64,000 bases of DNA from Eledone cirrhosa (lineage: Eukaryota), in NCBI GenBank assembly GCA_964016885.1, contig OZ024743.1, positions 43,834,001 through 43,898,000 on the forward strand, read 5' to 3'. Made by a program: the position numbers and the translations under genes. Position 1 is the first letter of the stretch. Each line of letters begins with the position of its first letter. This document shows positions 38,821 to 53,449 of the stretch, one piece after another. Under the pieces are notes generated by a model. It was not told the origin of the DNA, did no database searches, and saw only the letters and a program-made list of their open reading frames with translations.

Positions 38821-40876
38821 GATTTCTTTATTTGCCACAAGGGCGCCAAAGAAAAGGGGACAATACAAAGACATGCGGGGATTTTACATACAGTCGTGTA
38901 AAAAATATAAAACAAACAATCACAACAATCGAAATCCTCAATAGGGGGAAGAACCAGAAATGGGTTGTTTAATATCCCGTCGTTAGAACAACCCTAAAAC
39001 CAGAAGCGTGTTGTGCAAGTGCTCCTTTCTTCCTTTTGCTCTCTTCTTTAACATACAGGCTTATAAACAGAGAAGGCCCAATCACTCGGCCATTTTCGAT
39101 TCGTTCATCCACCTTTCAGTAAATTTACTGGGGTTCAGTGCCTCTCTCTCCACTCTGATTCTCCTTCGAAAGTGAAACTTTAAAAAGGGAATCAATTGTT
39201 GTCCGGAGAGAAAGGCATCTATCCTCAGTCCTCTCAATCTCGTCCACCATATGACTTCTTTCAACATAGCCACTGTACAGAGGATAACCGCCTCTCTTTC
39301 GTTGTTGAAAGAGGCTGGTGGTTTGATCCTTACTATGTACTCTGCAGTCAACTGGATTTGTCCCATACGCGGCAGCAGTTGTTCTGCATAGTTCCACAGG
39401 TCGGTTACGACCGGGCAGTGTACAATTGCGTGCAGAACTGTTTCAATGTCCTGCGCGCATCTTAGGACACGTCCTCTTAGAAGGATCCATGCCGGGGCAT
39501 CTGTGCCTGTAGACCTTGTCACGCACCGGTAGAGCTCCTCGGTAGCACTGTCAGTCCAGCGACCTCCGAAAGTTGTCCATAAGTCCCGGGCGGAAAGTCC
39601 TACTAAACAGACTGGTGAGTTCATCGTCTTCAACGTCCAGAGCCTTTCCGCGCACGTCGTCGCCCTTGTAACGTACAATCCCTCTATAGAATGTCGAAGT
39701 GGAGTCTCCACTGATTGCTGCACCCGCTTGCCAGAGGACTGTGAGCGCCTGAGCACATTCAATGTGCCAGGCGCCCATCGTTTTCGGTCTTTTATTAACC
39801 CAGGACTGCCGCTATTTCAGAGAGACGAGCTGTGGGAAAGCCTGTCTCACAAACGGTGCCCCCATCGGTTGGGGGGGGGGGGGTCTGTGAGGAATACCTG
39901 GAGATTCCGCAGCCTCAGCGCATGTTTGCGCATCATCAGCGACGGCATGCCCAGCCCTCCGTTGGAAGGGTACTGACACCAGACGGATTTCCTCACCAGC
40001 GGAGCCTGTTTTTTCCACATAAACTGGAAGAGCATGCGTTCCATCTTGGAGAGGTGTTCACAGGGAGAAGGCACGACAGTCAAGCGGTAGTAGATGACGG
40101 ACGCTATGAAAGTGTTCGCCACCTCCGCTCGACCTTTCAAGGATAGCTTGCACTCTGCCCACTTCTGGGTGAGGGCAAACACCTTGGCCGTGACCTCGTT
40201 CCAGTTTTTCTCCACCTGGAGGTCTGGACCGAACCAGACCACGAACAATTTCACCGGTCCGTCCGTCCAGCGTCCAACTACGCTGTCGAACGTCATCGGT
40301 TTTCCTCTCCACGTACCCAGTTGCAAAGCGATAGACTTGTCCAGGTTTAGTTTTGCTCCCGTCAGCGTTTCGTATCCTTTCAGTAAGTTGCCGATCATCA
40401 CGATTTCCGAGGTGCTAGACACCACAACCGTCACGTCATCGGCAGAAGCCGACGCCGTTTTGCGCAGTCCCGGTTGTAGAGGGATGCGCTGCAACAGCTC
40501 AGATTTCTGCAGTAGTGGCTCTGGAGTCAATACATACAGAATGGAGGAGAGAGGGCACACATGTCGAATGGAACGCGTGTTTGCGAACGGCTGCGATAGT
40601 TAGCCGTTCACTTTGACCCTCGAGCAGATGCTGGTGTGCATCGTCTCGATCCAGCCCACGAAAACAGGACCGAAACCGGCCACCTTGAGAACCGCTTCCA
40701 GTATCGATGGTTGACCCTACCGAATACCTTAGACTGTTCCAAAATGATCAGAGCCCCACCGAAGCCGGGTTTACGACCCACCCTCTCTATGATGTATCGC
40801 ATGAGGTGGAGGTTGTCGTGTATGGACCTGGTCGGGATTGCACACGTTTGCGTTGTCCCTACCAGGTTCTCCACGA
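38821..40876 (-). mobile_element. 5'-truncated Tx1/L1-clade LINE (frameshifted ORF2 RT + 3' UTR)
   Basis: QTCAIPTRSIHDN, LEQSKVFGRVNH, CPLSSILYVL.PEPL, SASADD, GAKLNLDKS, LSLKGRA.V.N, GGLGMP, C..ETVLHAIVHCP; 3' end ...ccttgtggcaaataaagaaatc. Confidence 0.88.
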
Positions 40877-40878
40877 TA

Positions 40879-41070
40879 AGCTGAGGATCCGCTAAGGTAA
40901 AACAATTGTTCTCGGTAAGGTGAACTAATTGTTGTGTAACCACTTCTACCTAACCCGTCCCATGGACTGAGTGCTCTACCACTACGAATATTATTTGCCA
41001 GTGTTCTACCACTATATATATATATATAGTGGTGAAACACTGGAAGGTAATATCCGTAGTGGTAGAGCAC
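40879..41070 (+). mobile_element. PLE-like terminal cassette with degenerate HHR and inverted repeat centred on (TA)n
   Basis: ag-CTGAGGA-tcc-gctaa-ggt-AAA-ACAATTGT-T-ct (40879-40912); gtgctctaccactacg...accac-(TA)n-gtggtg...cgtagtggtagagcac. Confidence 0.6.
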
Positions 41071-41096
41071 ACACAAACACACACAAACACACACAC

Positions 41097-41170
<74 letters not shown>

Positions 41171-41175
41171 GCGTG

Positions 41176-41383
41176 TAGGAACGAGTAGGGCCCCGACGGC
41201 TGAGCTCAAGCCTTTTTGACTGCTAATTCTGGACTAAAGATTTAGTCCAGAATTAGCCGTCGAAACGGCTTGAGCTCAGCCGTCGGGGTCCTACTCGTTC
41301 CTATTACCCACTCTACTACCCTAAGTATTGAGTACTTTGGTGCGTTATGGTCTTTCTGGTTCCTTACCACTTTTCCCTCGCTA
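41176..41383 (+). mobile_element. Fold-back cassette (family with 27031 and 46541)
   Basis: ~63-bp arms 41176-41238 / 41241-41303 plus shared tail into (TA)n. Confidence 0.8.
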
Positions 41384-41441
41384 TCTATATATATATATAT
41401 ATGTGTATATTTGTAAACACATATATATATATATATACATG

Positions 41442-41545
<104 letters not shown>

Positions 41546-41741
41546 AAATTAAATTCAGGGTGTCATGTCCGAGAGGCATGCGCCGTATACACTGTAGAAT
41601 ATCTCCTGTGATTGTTTCATGCGTTTATTTTAGATAGATATATATGTCAATCAATTCCTACTTGATATATAGGAAAAGAGATGAAATCGAAAATGCAACT
41701 GGAGTCTTATTTTTTTTTTAAATATATATATTTATCTGGTT

Positions 41742-41779
41742 CCTTTACCGGTTTCGCAGTTCTTCTGCTTTTCAAAAGG
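41742..41779 (-). ncRNA. Minimal hammerhead, U3-A8 core (antisense copy)
   Basis: Exact reverse complement of 41800-41837. Confidence 0.8.
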
Positions 41780-41799
41780 TGAGATGAGATCTCAACTCA

Positions 41800-41837
41800 C
41801 CTTTTGAAAAGCAGAAGAACTGCGAAACCGGTAAAGG
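41800..41837 (+). ncRNA. Minimal type-I hammerhead, U3-A8 core
   Basis: cctt-TTGAAAA-gcag-aagaa-ctgc-GAA-ACCGGT-A-aagg. Confidence 0.8.
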
Positions 41838-41973
41838 AAACAAATAAATATATATATATTTTTTAATAAAAAAAGAAGACTCCATTTGCATTTTCGATTT
41901 CAACTTTTTTTCTTTATACTTTCACTCGTGTAGGACCCCTCGGTTATTTTTCAATTTGTAAAAAAAACCTCAC

Positions 41974-42057
<84 letters not shown>

Positions 42058-42066
42058 ATGCGTGTG

Positions 42067-42117
<51 letters not shown>

Positions 42118-42126
42118 ATGCGTGTG

Positions 42127-42215
<89 letters not shown>

Positions 42216-43339
42216 AAATATTTATATATATATAGTCAACCAGCATAAACCTTTTATTTCTAAATTTTCTAAACTATCTAAGTATTGGACTCTAACCATT
42301 ATATTAAGTATTACCACCCCACATGTTGTATGTGTGGATGTGTGTGTCTGTCTGTGGAGGTGGGTGTGAGTGTAGTGCAAGCCAACCTACATAAGTCTTT
42401 TTATTTGTAAAGTTTCTACTCCAACCATAAATTTCAGTTGCACCACTCCACATAAATTCCTCAATTTCAGAATGACGTGTAGTATCTATTTCATACTCCT
42501 TAATTGAATATATATCTGACCAGGAATGCCTTTTGTGAAAATCAGTCATATGGAACTATTGTCATCTTGCCTGACGGTTTCAAATTTACAAAACCACCTG
42601 CCTCTTTGAGGTCAAATACCAACCCTACTACCATCTACAAACTGACCAATGAGAATCAAGACTATTCCTGCTGACAACATTAAATTATTCCTAACAAACT
42701 CCTATGTCCCAAGGCTCTGATACCGTCAACACTATAAACACAGAGCTGCATATCTAAGAACTGACTAACTACCTGATGAGGTCATAGCCATTCAATGGTT
42801 ATCATCGAAATATATATAGCAGTAAATAAAGGATTATGCGTTCATGCAATTGACTTATGTTTCGTCACTATATATATATATATATTAAAATAACAGATTA
42901 AAGTTTAAGCAAAGAATAGCTACTTTAACCCTTATATATTTGATGTATATTCATATTTATCGACCCCTCTTTGGATTTTAGTCTTCACATTTATTATTAT
43001 TACTATATATATATATGTGTATATATATATATATATTTATATATTGACGATTTCTTAAGCCTTCATTACATTTATCGATTGGTAACGAACGCTATTGGCA
43101 TTGACCAGCTCAAGGTTGGAAGAGGTCCGACAAGCTTTGATTCCAGTGTAAAGCCAGACCTATTCAGATCGAACTTTGAGATGATCAATAGGGAAACACG
43201 CGTCACCAATTAATAAACGTAATGTAGGCTTAAAAATTCGTCCTTGTATTTTTATATTACAATCTGTCTAGCTCTACACGAACCTAAACATCGAGTGCTC
43301 ACCTGACTGAACCTACAGTAACTTCACGTTACACTCCCT

Positions 43340-43398
<59 letters not shown>

Positions 43399-43796
43399 AG
43401 TGAGTGTCTCTATCTGTGAGTTTTTTGGTCTCATAATAGATTTTACATACTTATTGTCTTCACCATTGTTTCTAAGCTCCAAATATAGCCGGCATCATCT
43501 AATCATATTTGTATTGAACGTTGAAAATTATCATATAACAATCGTAAAAGTGCAGACTGTCTGAAGAAGAGTGAATTGTGAGACTATTATTAGCATCTAT
43601 TCTTCCTACAACTCCCAACTCTCAGCTGGGTATCAGTCAAAAGATCTACCTACTCTCCTGTACTACGGCTCATATTGTATTTCGGACACATCTTTTCTCT
43701 TTGTTAGTAGCTTTCCTAATCTTTTAATAATTCCAATCACCAACAGATGCACGACTCTATAATTGGCCTGTATTGACTTGTGATCTAGACATACCC

Positions 43797-43907
<111 letters not shown>

Positions 43908-43952
43908 GTGTGTGAGTGTCTGTGTGTGAGAGTGTCTGTGTGTGTACGAGTG

Positions 43953-43984
<32 letters not shown>

Positions 43985-43991
<7 letters not shown>

Positions 43992-46410
43992 GTGAGGTTT
44001 TTTTTTACAAAATGAAAAATAACCGAGGTGTCCTACACGAGTGAAAGTATAAAGTTAAAAAGATGAAATCGAAAATGCAACTGGAGTCTTCTTTTTAAAA
44101 AATATATATATTTATTTGGTTCCTTTACCGGTTTCGCAGTTCTTCTGTTTTTCAAAAGTGGAGTTGAGGTGGAGGGTCTGTGGTTTTTCTCACATCGTTT
44201 ACCTTAGATTTATTTAAATGTCCTTAATTTTCGAGATAATATCTCTTCTTCGGAGGGAAGTAAAGCGCTTAAACCAGTGTTCTAAATAGCTTGCCAATTC
44301 ATGCTGTCAGGAAATGGTATAGAGTATCTGTTCTATCTCTAATGTCAAAGAGTTAAGGTTAGGTGGATATAGAGTAGTCTCCCTTTAAAAGGTTTTGTTT
44401 TTTTGTACATGCCTGTTAGATGTTCTCTCGTGTTAGAACTGGTCTTTGTGTGTGTATGTGTGTGTGTGAGAGAGAATAATTGGCGGTGAAAGCGTGTGTG
44501 CGTGTGTGTGTGCGTGTGTGTGGGAGGGGGGTGTAAATACGGGGCTAGATGCTCTATGAAGTTATAAATTTGATGTTGAGTTCTAGTCTATTATTGATTG
44601 GTGGTTGTGTTTTGTATATACTTAGTGCTTTCTTAATTCTAAGATTGCCGTGGTTTCTTACCTTAGTTTCTATCCTAACTGTTATGGTTTTGTCGGTGTG
44701 TTTGCATTTAACTGGGTGTTTCTTAAATGAGAAAGCGTTAGTATTGAGGTGTACTTTTATTCTTATGTGGAGTGGCCTGGTGGTGCTACCTACGTAGAAG
44801 TTGCTGCATTTGTCGCACTCTAGTCGGTATCGACGTAAGCCTGGTGGCATAGGTCTGTGTCGGTGATGGTGCAGTTGGCTAGCCTGCAGCGGTTGTCATG
44901 TCTGGTGGAGTGTCTTTTGGTTAGCTGTGTGGGAGCTTCAGGAAGCAAGTGTTAGTGCTTCGGGTGTGGTGTCCTCTGTTCTTTCTGGCACTGTTTGTGG
45001 TGGATGTCGTGTATCCGTTCAGTTTGAGTACTTCAAGGAAATGTGTGGTGTGTGTGTCTCCATTTCCAGCGTCGGTGCATTTGTTCCGGATACGTGCAGA
45101 TTCGTTCCTTATGTATCCGAACTTAGCGCCGGCTGGGAGGGCCGATCTGAAATGTACAAACAGGTCCCTGCTGGTGGCTTTTTTATAGAAGCAGGTGTGG
45201 ATGTTGCCTTCCTCTGTTACCCTGAGTTGGAAGTCCAGTAGGGATAGGGATCCACGGTTATCGGGGTGTTCCATGCTGAACGTTATACTGGCATCCATGC
45301 TGGAGAATGTTGTGTATATTTATCCGCCTCCTCACGGGATGATGTAAGGATGAGTATGTCGTCTACATATCGGGTGAAGAAGGTATGGGAGTGGCAGGTG
45401 TTGAGGGCTCGGCATTCTAGCTGGTTCATATAGGTGATGGCCAGCAGGCCCGATAGGCTGGATCCCATGGGTAATCCTGTTGTCTGTCTGTATGTGTGGT
45501 GGTGGAAGGTGAAGTACGTGTTGTCCACTGTGAAGAACAAAACTGATCTTTGTACGTCGAATGGAGGTCGTAGCAGTGGATGTCCTCTGCTACCACGCAG
45601 TCCGTCAATAAATCGACAGCTGGACGAGCGGGGACTGTAATGTAGAGGCTAAAGGCGTATCTCTTTAGTTTAAGTTGTTCTGGCTGGAGTTGGTGTAGTC
45701 TACGTATGACTTCGTCGGAGCTACTGACATGCCCGGGAAAGGTGGAGATTAGAGGCTTGAGGACCTGGGAGAGGAGCCAGGAAAATGTGTATAGGGGTCC
45801 TTCTATGCTAGAGAAGATGGCTCTTATTTGTGTCTTAGTATTATTCTTCTGGGTCTTGATGAGGTGGTAGAAATTGGTCAGCGTGCTATTTCTAGTGGTG
45901 TAGTTGAGCTTAACTTTATTTGGGAGTTGTCTTCTCTTACAGATGTCGAACCAGATCGAGTTGGTCTGTTTTTCGATCTGGGCTGCAGTCATGTCCGGGA
46001 TCTCTGTATATAGTACATTGTCTCTTAGGTGTTCAAAGGCTAGGCTGTTGTATGTGGCTTGAGAGATGACGCAAACTCTTTACCTTTGTCGGATGGTAAG
46101 TATATAAGTTCCCTATTCCGTAGGTTCTTCAGGGCGAGTTGTTGTTCCTGGAGAGTTTTGGGGCTATCTTCTTCTGTTTCCGTAAGATGTTAATTACGGA
46201 ATGTTTTAGTCTCGAGAGTTTTTCTTCAAGCTCGCGGTTGGCAGGCGCTGGACAGAGTGGGCGATCCAGTTGGTATATCGGTAATCTGGGTTTGTTAGAT
46301 TCCGTGGTGTTGTTGCCGAGAGTCGATATCCATTTTAGTTGGTAGGCAGCCCGACAGAAATTCGTTTCTATGTGGAGCCATAATTTGTCGTCCAGTCTCT
46401 GTTTCAATAT
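43985..46410 (-). mobile_element. Penelope/Poseidon-like PLE, frameshifted RT + GIY-YIG, HHR at 44123-44158, 3' end in (TA)n
   Basis: PSDKG, FYHLIKTQK, YRQTTGLPMGSSLS, RYVDDIL, LSLLD, C.KC..FYVGSTTRPLHIRIKVH, QPPIN. Confidence 0.9.
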
Positions 46411-46540
46411 GAGTTATATATAAGTACTAAGTTGAGGTACATAACATATATATTATGTATCATAATTATGTTTCTCAACAGCAAAGTTCAATGGACGTTT
46501 GTCCAAACATCAATTATTCAAATGAAAATATATATATATA

Positions 46541-46674
46541 TAACGAAGGAAATGTGGTAAGGAACCAAGTGGACCATAACGCACCAAAGTATTCAATACT
46601 TAGGGTAGTAGAGTGGGTAATAGGAACAAGTAAGACCCCGACGGCTGAGCTCAGCCGTCGGGGTCTTATTTGTT

Positions 46675-46678
<4 letters not shown>
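46541..46678 (-). mobile_element. Fold-back cassette (family with 27031 and 41176)
   Basis: taggaacaagtaagaccccgacggctgag|ctcagccgtcggggtcttatttgttccta, flanked by TA repeats. Confidence 0.8.
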
Positions 46679-46745
<67 letters not shown>

Positions 46746-47239
46746 AGAAAGAAGGAGACATATCTGTAGAGAAACACATAGTATTTTGTACATATATATG
46801 ATGCTATATACGAACGCGCATTGAGACTTTCTTCAGAGAAACAATCATCAAACATATTAAATATGTTATGATACCACTTCTCGAAAACTCGAAAAATTTG
46901 GTGAGCTGCTGTGACTAGTACTTCATACATCGGATAGGACATCCAGTCCTGTTTGTTTTGCCGAGGCAGTTAAAGCGTTTTCTTGTACTATGCGGTCTAT
47001 AGATTTAAATAGTTCCCAGAAACAGACTGATATTAAAGTGTTTTTTGTACTTACCCAAAGACGATTTTTCTGACGATTAGTTTCTCATCTTCCGTAGCTT
47101 TACCAGAGTCGATAGTTGGTATTGGATAATCGGTTACTTAGATCGACTTCTGCTTCCCTTTACGAACTATGAAATGGTATCATAAGGACAATAAGAAATG
47201 TTCACCTTAAAGTATGTACCGTTTATTAAATATTATATG

Positions 47240-47287
<48 letters not shown>

Positions 47288-47599
47288 AAAATGAAAATAA
47301 ATCAAATGAATTTAATCTAAATCAAAATTATGGGTGTCATGCCAGAAAGACATGCGCCATATCACCCGCAAAATAAGCTCTAAGATTCTAACGAGTAGGT
47401 CCGAGCATTTTATAATAACTAGAAATTAATTAACATATAAATAAACATGAATAATGACAGGAGATAATTTTTACAAGTGTGTAACCACACATAGCTAGGT
47501 AGGTAACTAAATAAAGTTGACCAGAACTTCAAAAATAGATACCTTATAATATGATTAATTTCTCTGTATATATTCCATTAAAGAAATATATTTCACCAC

Positions 47600-47642
<43 letters not shown>

Positions 47643-47648
<6 letters not shown>

Positions 47649-48285
47649 ATTTTTAAAGCGATGAAATACCAATGAAGGTTGGAAAATCACTGATTAAGGA
47701 CTATTTTTATCATATGTAACCCATGTGCAACCACGCAGTATTCATTCTTCTTATGTTTTTTTATATATATTTTCCCCAACTGCGTTTGTCTGTTTCTCTC
47801 TTACTGCTTCCCCCCTCTCTCTGTTTCTCTCACCTTCTTTCGCCCCCCTCTGTCAGTTACACTTTCTCTCAACTGGCCTCTTCCTCGTACTTCCACTCAC
47901 TCACTCTCTGCTTCTCCCCTTCTCACTTCCTCCCGTTTAGCCTGAAGTGGGGTTGTTTCTTGCTCACACCTCGCTCGCGTTGGAGGGTCTGCTGTCTCTC
48001 TTGCCCATGAAATCCACACAGTTTAAGCTGATCGGACTCCCATGTGCTTGTTTTTTCCTATCTTTGCGTTGCTATCCTTCTATGTTTGTTTACTTGTCTC
48101 GTTCGCTTTACGCGATTTACATGTCCCAATAGCTTAATTTGGCTATTGCTCGCATCAACTGGAGGTATATGATTTTTAAAGCGATGAAATACCAATTAAC
48201 GTTGGAAAATAACTGATGAAGGACTATTTTTATAATATGTCACCCATGTGCAACCACGCAGTATTCATTCTTCTCATGTTTTATA
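47643..48285. repeat. ~120-bp direct repeats (47643-47760, 48166-48285) around a ~400-bp pyrimidine-rich spacer
   Basis: tatatgatttttaaagcgatgaaatacc...aactgatgaaggac...caaccacgcagtattcattcttct occurs twice. Confidence 0.8.
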
Positions 48286-48386
48286 CATATATACATATAT
48301 ATATATATATGGTGGCGTGACTGTGTGTGTGTGTACAAGATACTGTTTCTATATATATATACATATACACACACACACACACAGAA

Positions 48387-50239
<1,853 letters not shown>

Positions 50240-53200
50240 CAATCTTAACAATCTTAACAAACACACAGACACAGAAAACAAGTAATGACAGTAGCACAGA
50301 AATCACAGAAATAAGGGAAAGTAATAGGATCAAAAGGAGAAGGGAGACTATGGACAAAGAAAATAACTAAGACGAACACACAGACACACAAAATAGAGTA
50401 GATAATAACAATGAGCCAGTGGAAAAAGATAGGAGTAATTATGAGAGATATAGAAACAACCATGAGGCTGTTGGTGGAAATAGAAATAGAAATAGAAACA
50501 ACACAACTAACAATAACAATAACACTAGTACACATAAAGCAGCAGCCTGGAACTCTACTTTTTATAATCCCTCCGATAAGTCGTTCGACCTACGATGAGT
50601 CCACGCCACGACTTTACCATTTAACAAACGCACGCAATTGCCGTCGCAGGTCGATGAACAAACAGAAGCACAATTTAGTATAGCTAAATGCGAACTTAGA
50701 AATATTATAGAACAGTACAGCAAGAAGCATAATAGAATGGAAGGCCAGCATCTGGGAGAAAAATCTGCAAATGGCTTGCGTAAGCTCATGCAGCGCTCGC
50801 GTAATGGAGAGATAGCATGCTTTCCAACAGACAAGTCTGGCAGAATGTCGGTTGACAGCCTGCCAAACTACATCCAGGCAATGCAACCCCACATCACTAA
50901 CACAAGAGAGGTAACACCACAGGAGCATGAGGATAGAGAAAAAGCCCTCAATGCTCATATGGTGATGTGGACGAATATAATGCAGCCCAACAAAAGGACT
51001 GCCAACAACTTCCAGACCTGGAACAATGACGTGCCGGAGTTGTATGGGCTTCGAAAAGACCATAAAACGGGCAGTGACCCTGTCACGGGACCACCAACAC
51101 GGCCAGTCTGTGGGGCTAACATTGCTAGTAACTACAGACTGTCCTACTTCCTCTCCCTGATCATACGCCCCATCATTGAAATGTCCCCAGATGTATGTGA
51201 CAGCACGGAGGACCTCCTCAGCAGAATCGGCGAGAGTAACCGATCTAGGGACCTAACAAACTTCATAATAGGTAGTATGGATGTTGTGTCCCTGTATCCA
51301 TCTATTGACGTGGATTTTGCTGTGGAGAAATGCGTAGAAATGATCAGTGAGAGCAATGTTGAGTTCCGTGGGATTGATACCAGTGAGCTGGGACTCCTAC
51401 TTAAATATACCTATAGTAATATTTCCTAGACACATATGACCTTAGCAACCTGTGCCCTACAAAACCAGCAAGAGGCAGACCACCTACCATTACCTCAATG
51501 GCCAAGAAAACCCACACAGATAGATGGAACGGGTGGACCAGAGCCATACAGACACCCGAAAACCACGATGAACTGAAGAAAATGATTGCACATGCGGTAG
51601 GGGCCAGCATAAAACTAACCCTTAAGGAACATATGTTCAAATTTAATGGAAAAATATATGCCCAAGAGGAAGGAGCAGCCATTGGTGTTAGCATTGCAGG
51701 CGACATAGCTAACATATTCATGGTATGGTGGGACAGTAGACTTAAACTTAAACTTAAAGAACAATTAGAAGACCCCTTAACCCTGATAATGTACTCCCGC
51801 TACGTTGACGATATAAACATCGTAGTTAAGACACCCCCACTAGAGAACAGTCAGGAACTAGAGAAAAACACAATGGAAAGCATCCAGCAAATAGCTAACT
51901 CCATCCACCAGAGTATTAGAGTTACTATAGACTACCCAAGTAAACACCCCAACAATCGATTACCTGTACTAGACACAGAGCTCTGGTTAGATACCATTAA
52001 TAACAAAAAACAAATCCTCCATTCCCATTATGCCAAACCCATGACTTCAAAAACACCTGATCCACCGAAACTCGGCTGTTTCGGACCATACGAAAATCAA
52101 CATACTGATTGCGGATTTGGTACGGGTGATGAGAAACGTGTCCCGCATGTGCAACTCCGAAGAACTAGAGAGACACATACAACACTTCATCCACCCGTAT
52201 GCAGCTCTCTGGTTACAATCAGAGAGATAGAATCAGTGTGTATAGTGGAGCCAGAACCAAATAGTAAAAAATGGTAAATAATGACACAAATGGGATCTGC
52301 CCCTTGTATAGGAGCAAATTTTGGAATAGAATAGAAAAAACTAGGAATAAGGCTAATAGAATAAACTCATGGTATGATAGCAATAAATACCAGAGTGTAA
52401 TGTTCATCGATACAACCCCTAGAGGTGAATTAGCTTGCAAATTTAGAAGCGCCCTTGATAACATAAACTCAATATTAAGATAGTAGAAAGACCAGGTACC
52501 TCCGTAAAAACACTAATTAGCAAGACATACCCTTTCCAAAGACCCCCTGTATAGATATGAAATGTATAACCTGTAAAATAAGCTCCCATATTAACTGTAA
52601 AACTAGAAATGTAGTGTATAGCATAAGATGTACTGAAGGACAATGTAGAGACAAAAATATATTCTACATAGGTGAGACAGCTCGTAGTGTAAGGGAACGG
52701 ATAAACGAACACTGGCGAGACCTTCAAGATAGTAAAGAATCATCTGTACTCTACCAACATGCTAAAATAGAACATACGGGTAAATTAGAGAACATAGAAA
52801 TAAAAATAGAATCTACACACAGAAAAAGCGCAATGTGTAGATATATCACAGAGGCAATATACATAAAAGAATTACAACCGAAATTAGTAGAAAATATGAG
52901 TGGAACAGCAACATCACAACTTACAATTAAGGACAAAATGAAAACACACACACACATAGAACAAACAACCAACCGGTAACATGTAAATAAACAAATAAAT
53001 AAACAAATATAAACACACACAGACACCCGGATGAGGCGCATGCGCAGACTGAGCACACAACACACACACAGAAACAAAATGGCGTAGGACAGAACAAAGG
53101 AGAGACACAAAAACAAAGAAAAGAATCCCAGTCACTGAAGAGGTCACAGAATGTGTGACGAAAGAACTTTGACAATATATAAACAACTATCTGGTTGTGG

Positions 53201-53381
53201 AACCAACCAACCAACCAGAAATGTATAAATTGTTAAATTTTTAAATTTATTATAATAAATTGAAGTGAAAGCAACTGGTGCGTGTGTTTCTTATTGGCAA
53301 CATGACCCTCCCAAAGTATAACAATATCGGTTTCAACACACGATTTCAAATAAAGAATCTTGCTAAACAAATTCAGAAACG

Positions 53382-53384
<3 letters not shown>
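50240..53384 (+). mobile_element. Naiad-like PLE, longest copy (frameshifted RT + GIY-YIG)
   Basis: FPTDKSG, PELYGLRKDHK, PTRPVCG, GSMDVVSLYPSID, YSRYVDDIN, YIGETARS. Same 3' terminal sequence (cagaaacgaaa-(TA)n) as the 20-22 kb copy. Confidence 0.92.
53131..53173 (+). ncRNA. Minimal type-I hammerhead
   Basis: gtca-CTGAAGA-g-gtcaca-gaatg-tgtgac-GAA-AGaaCT-T-tgac. Confidence 0.7.

Positions 53385-53449
<65 letters not shown>

Larger units (their letters stand above)
41674..41980. mobile_element. Solo fold-back terminal repeat of the 44-46 kb PLE family (~115-bp arms, centre GAGA|TCTC at 41789/41790)
   Basis: Palindrome read directly; 41790-41980 is the reverse complement of ~43985-44170. Confidence 0.9.
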
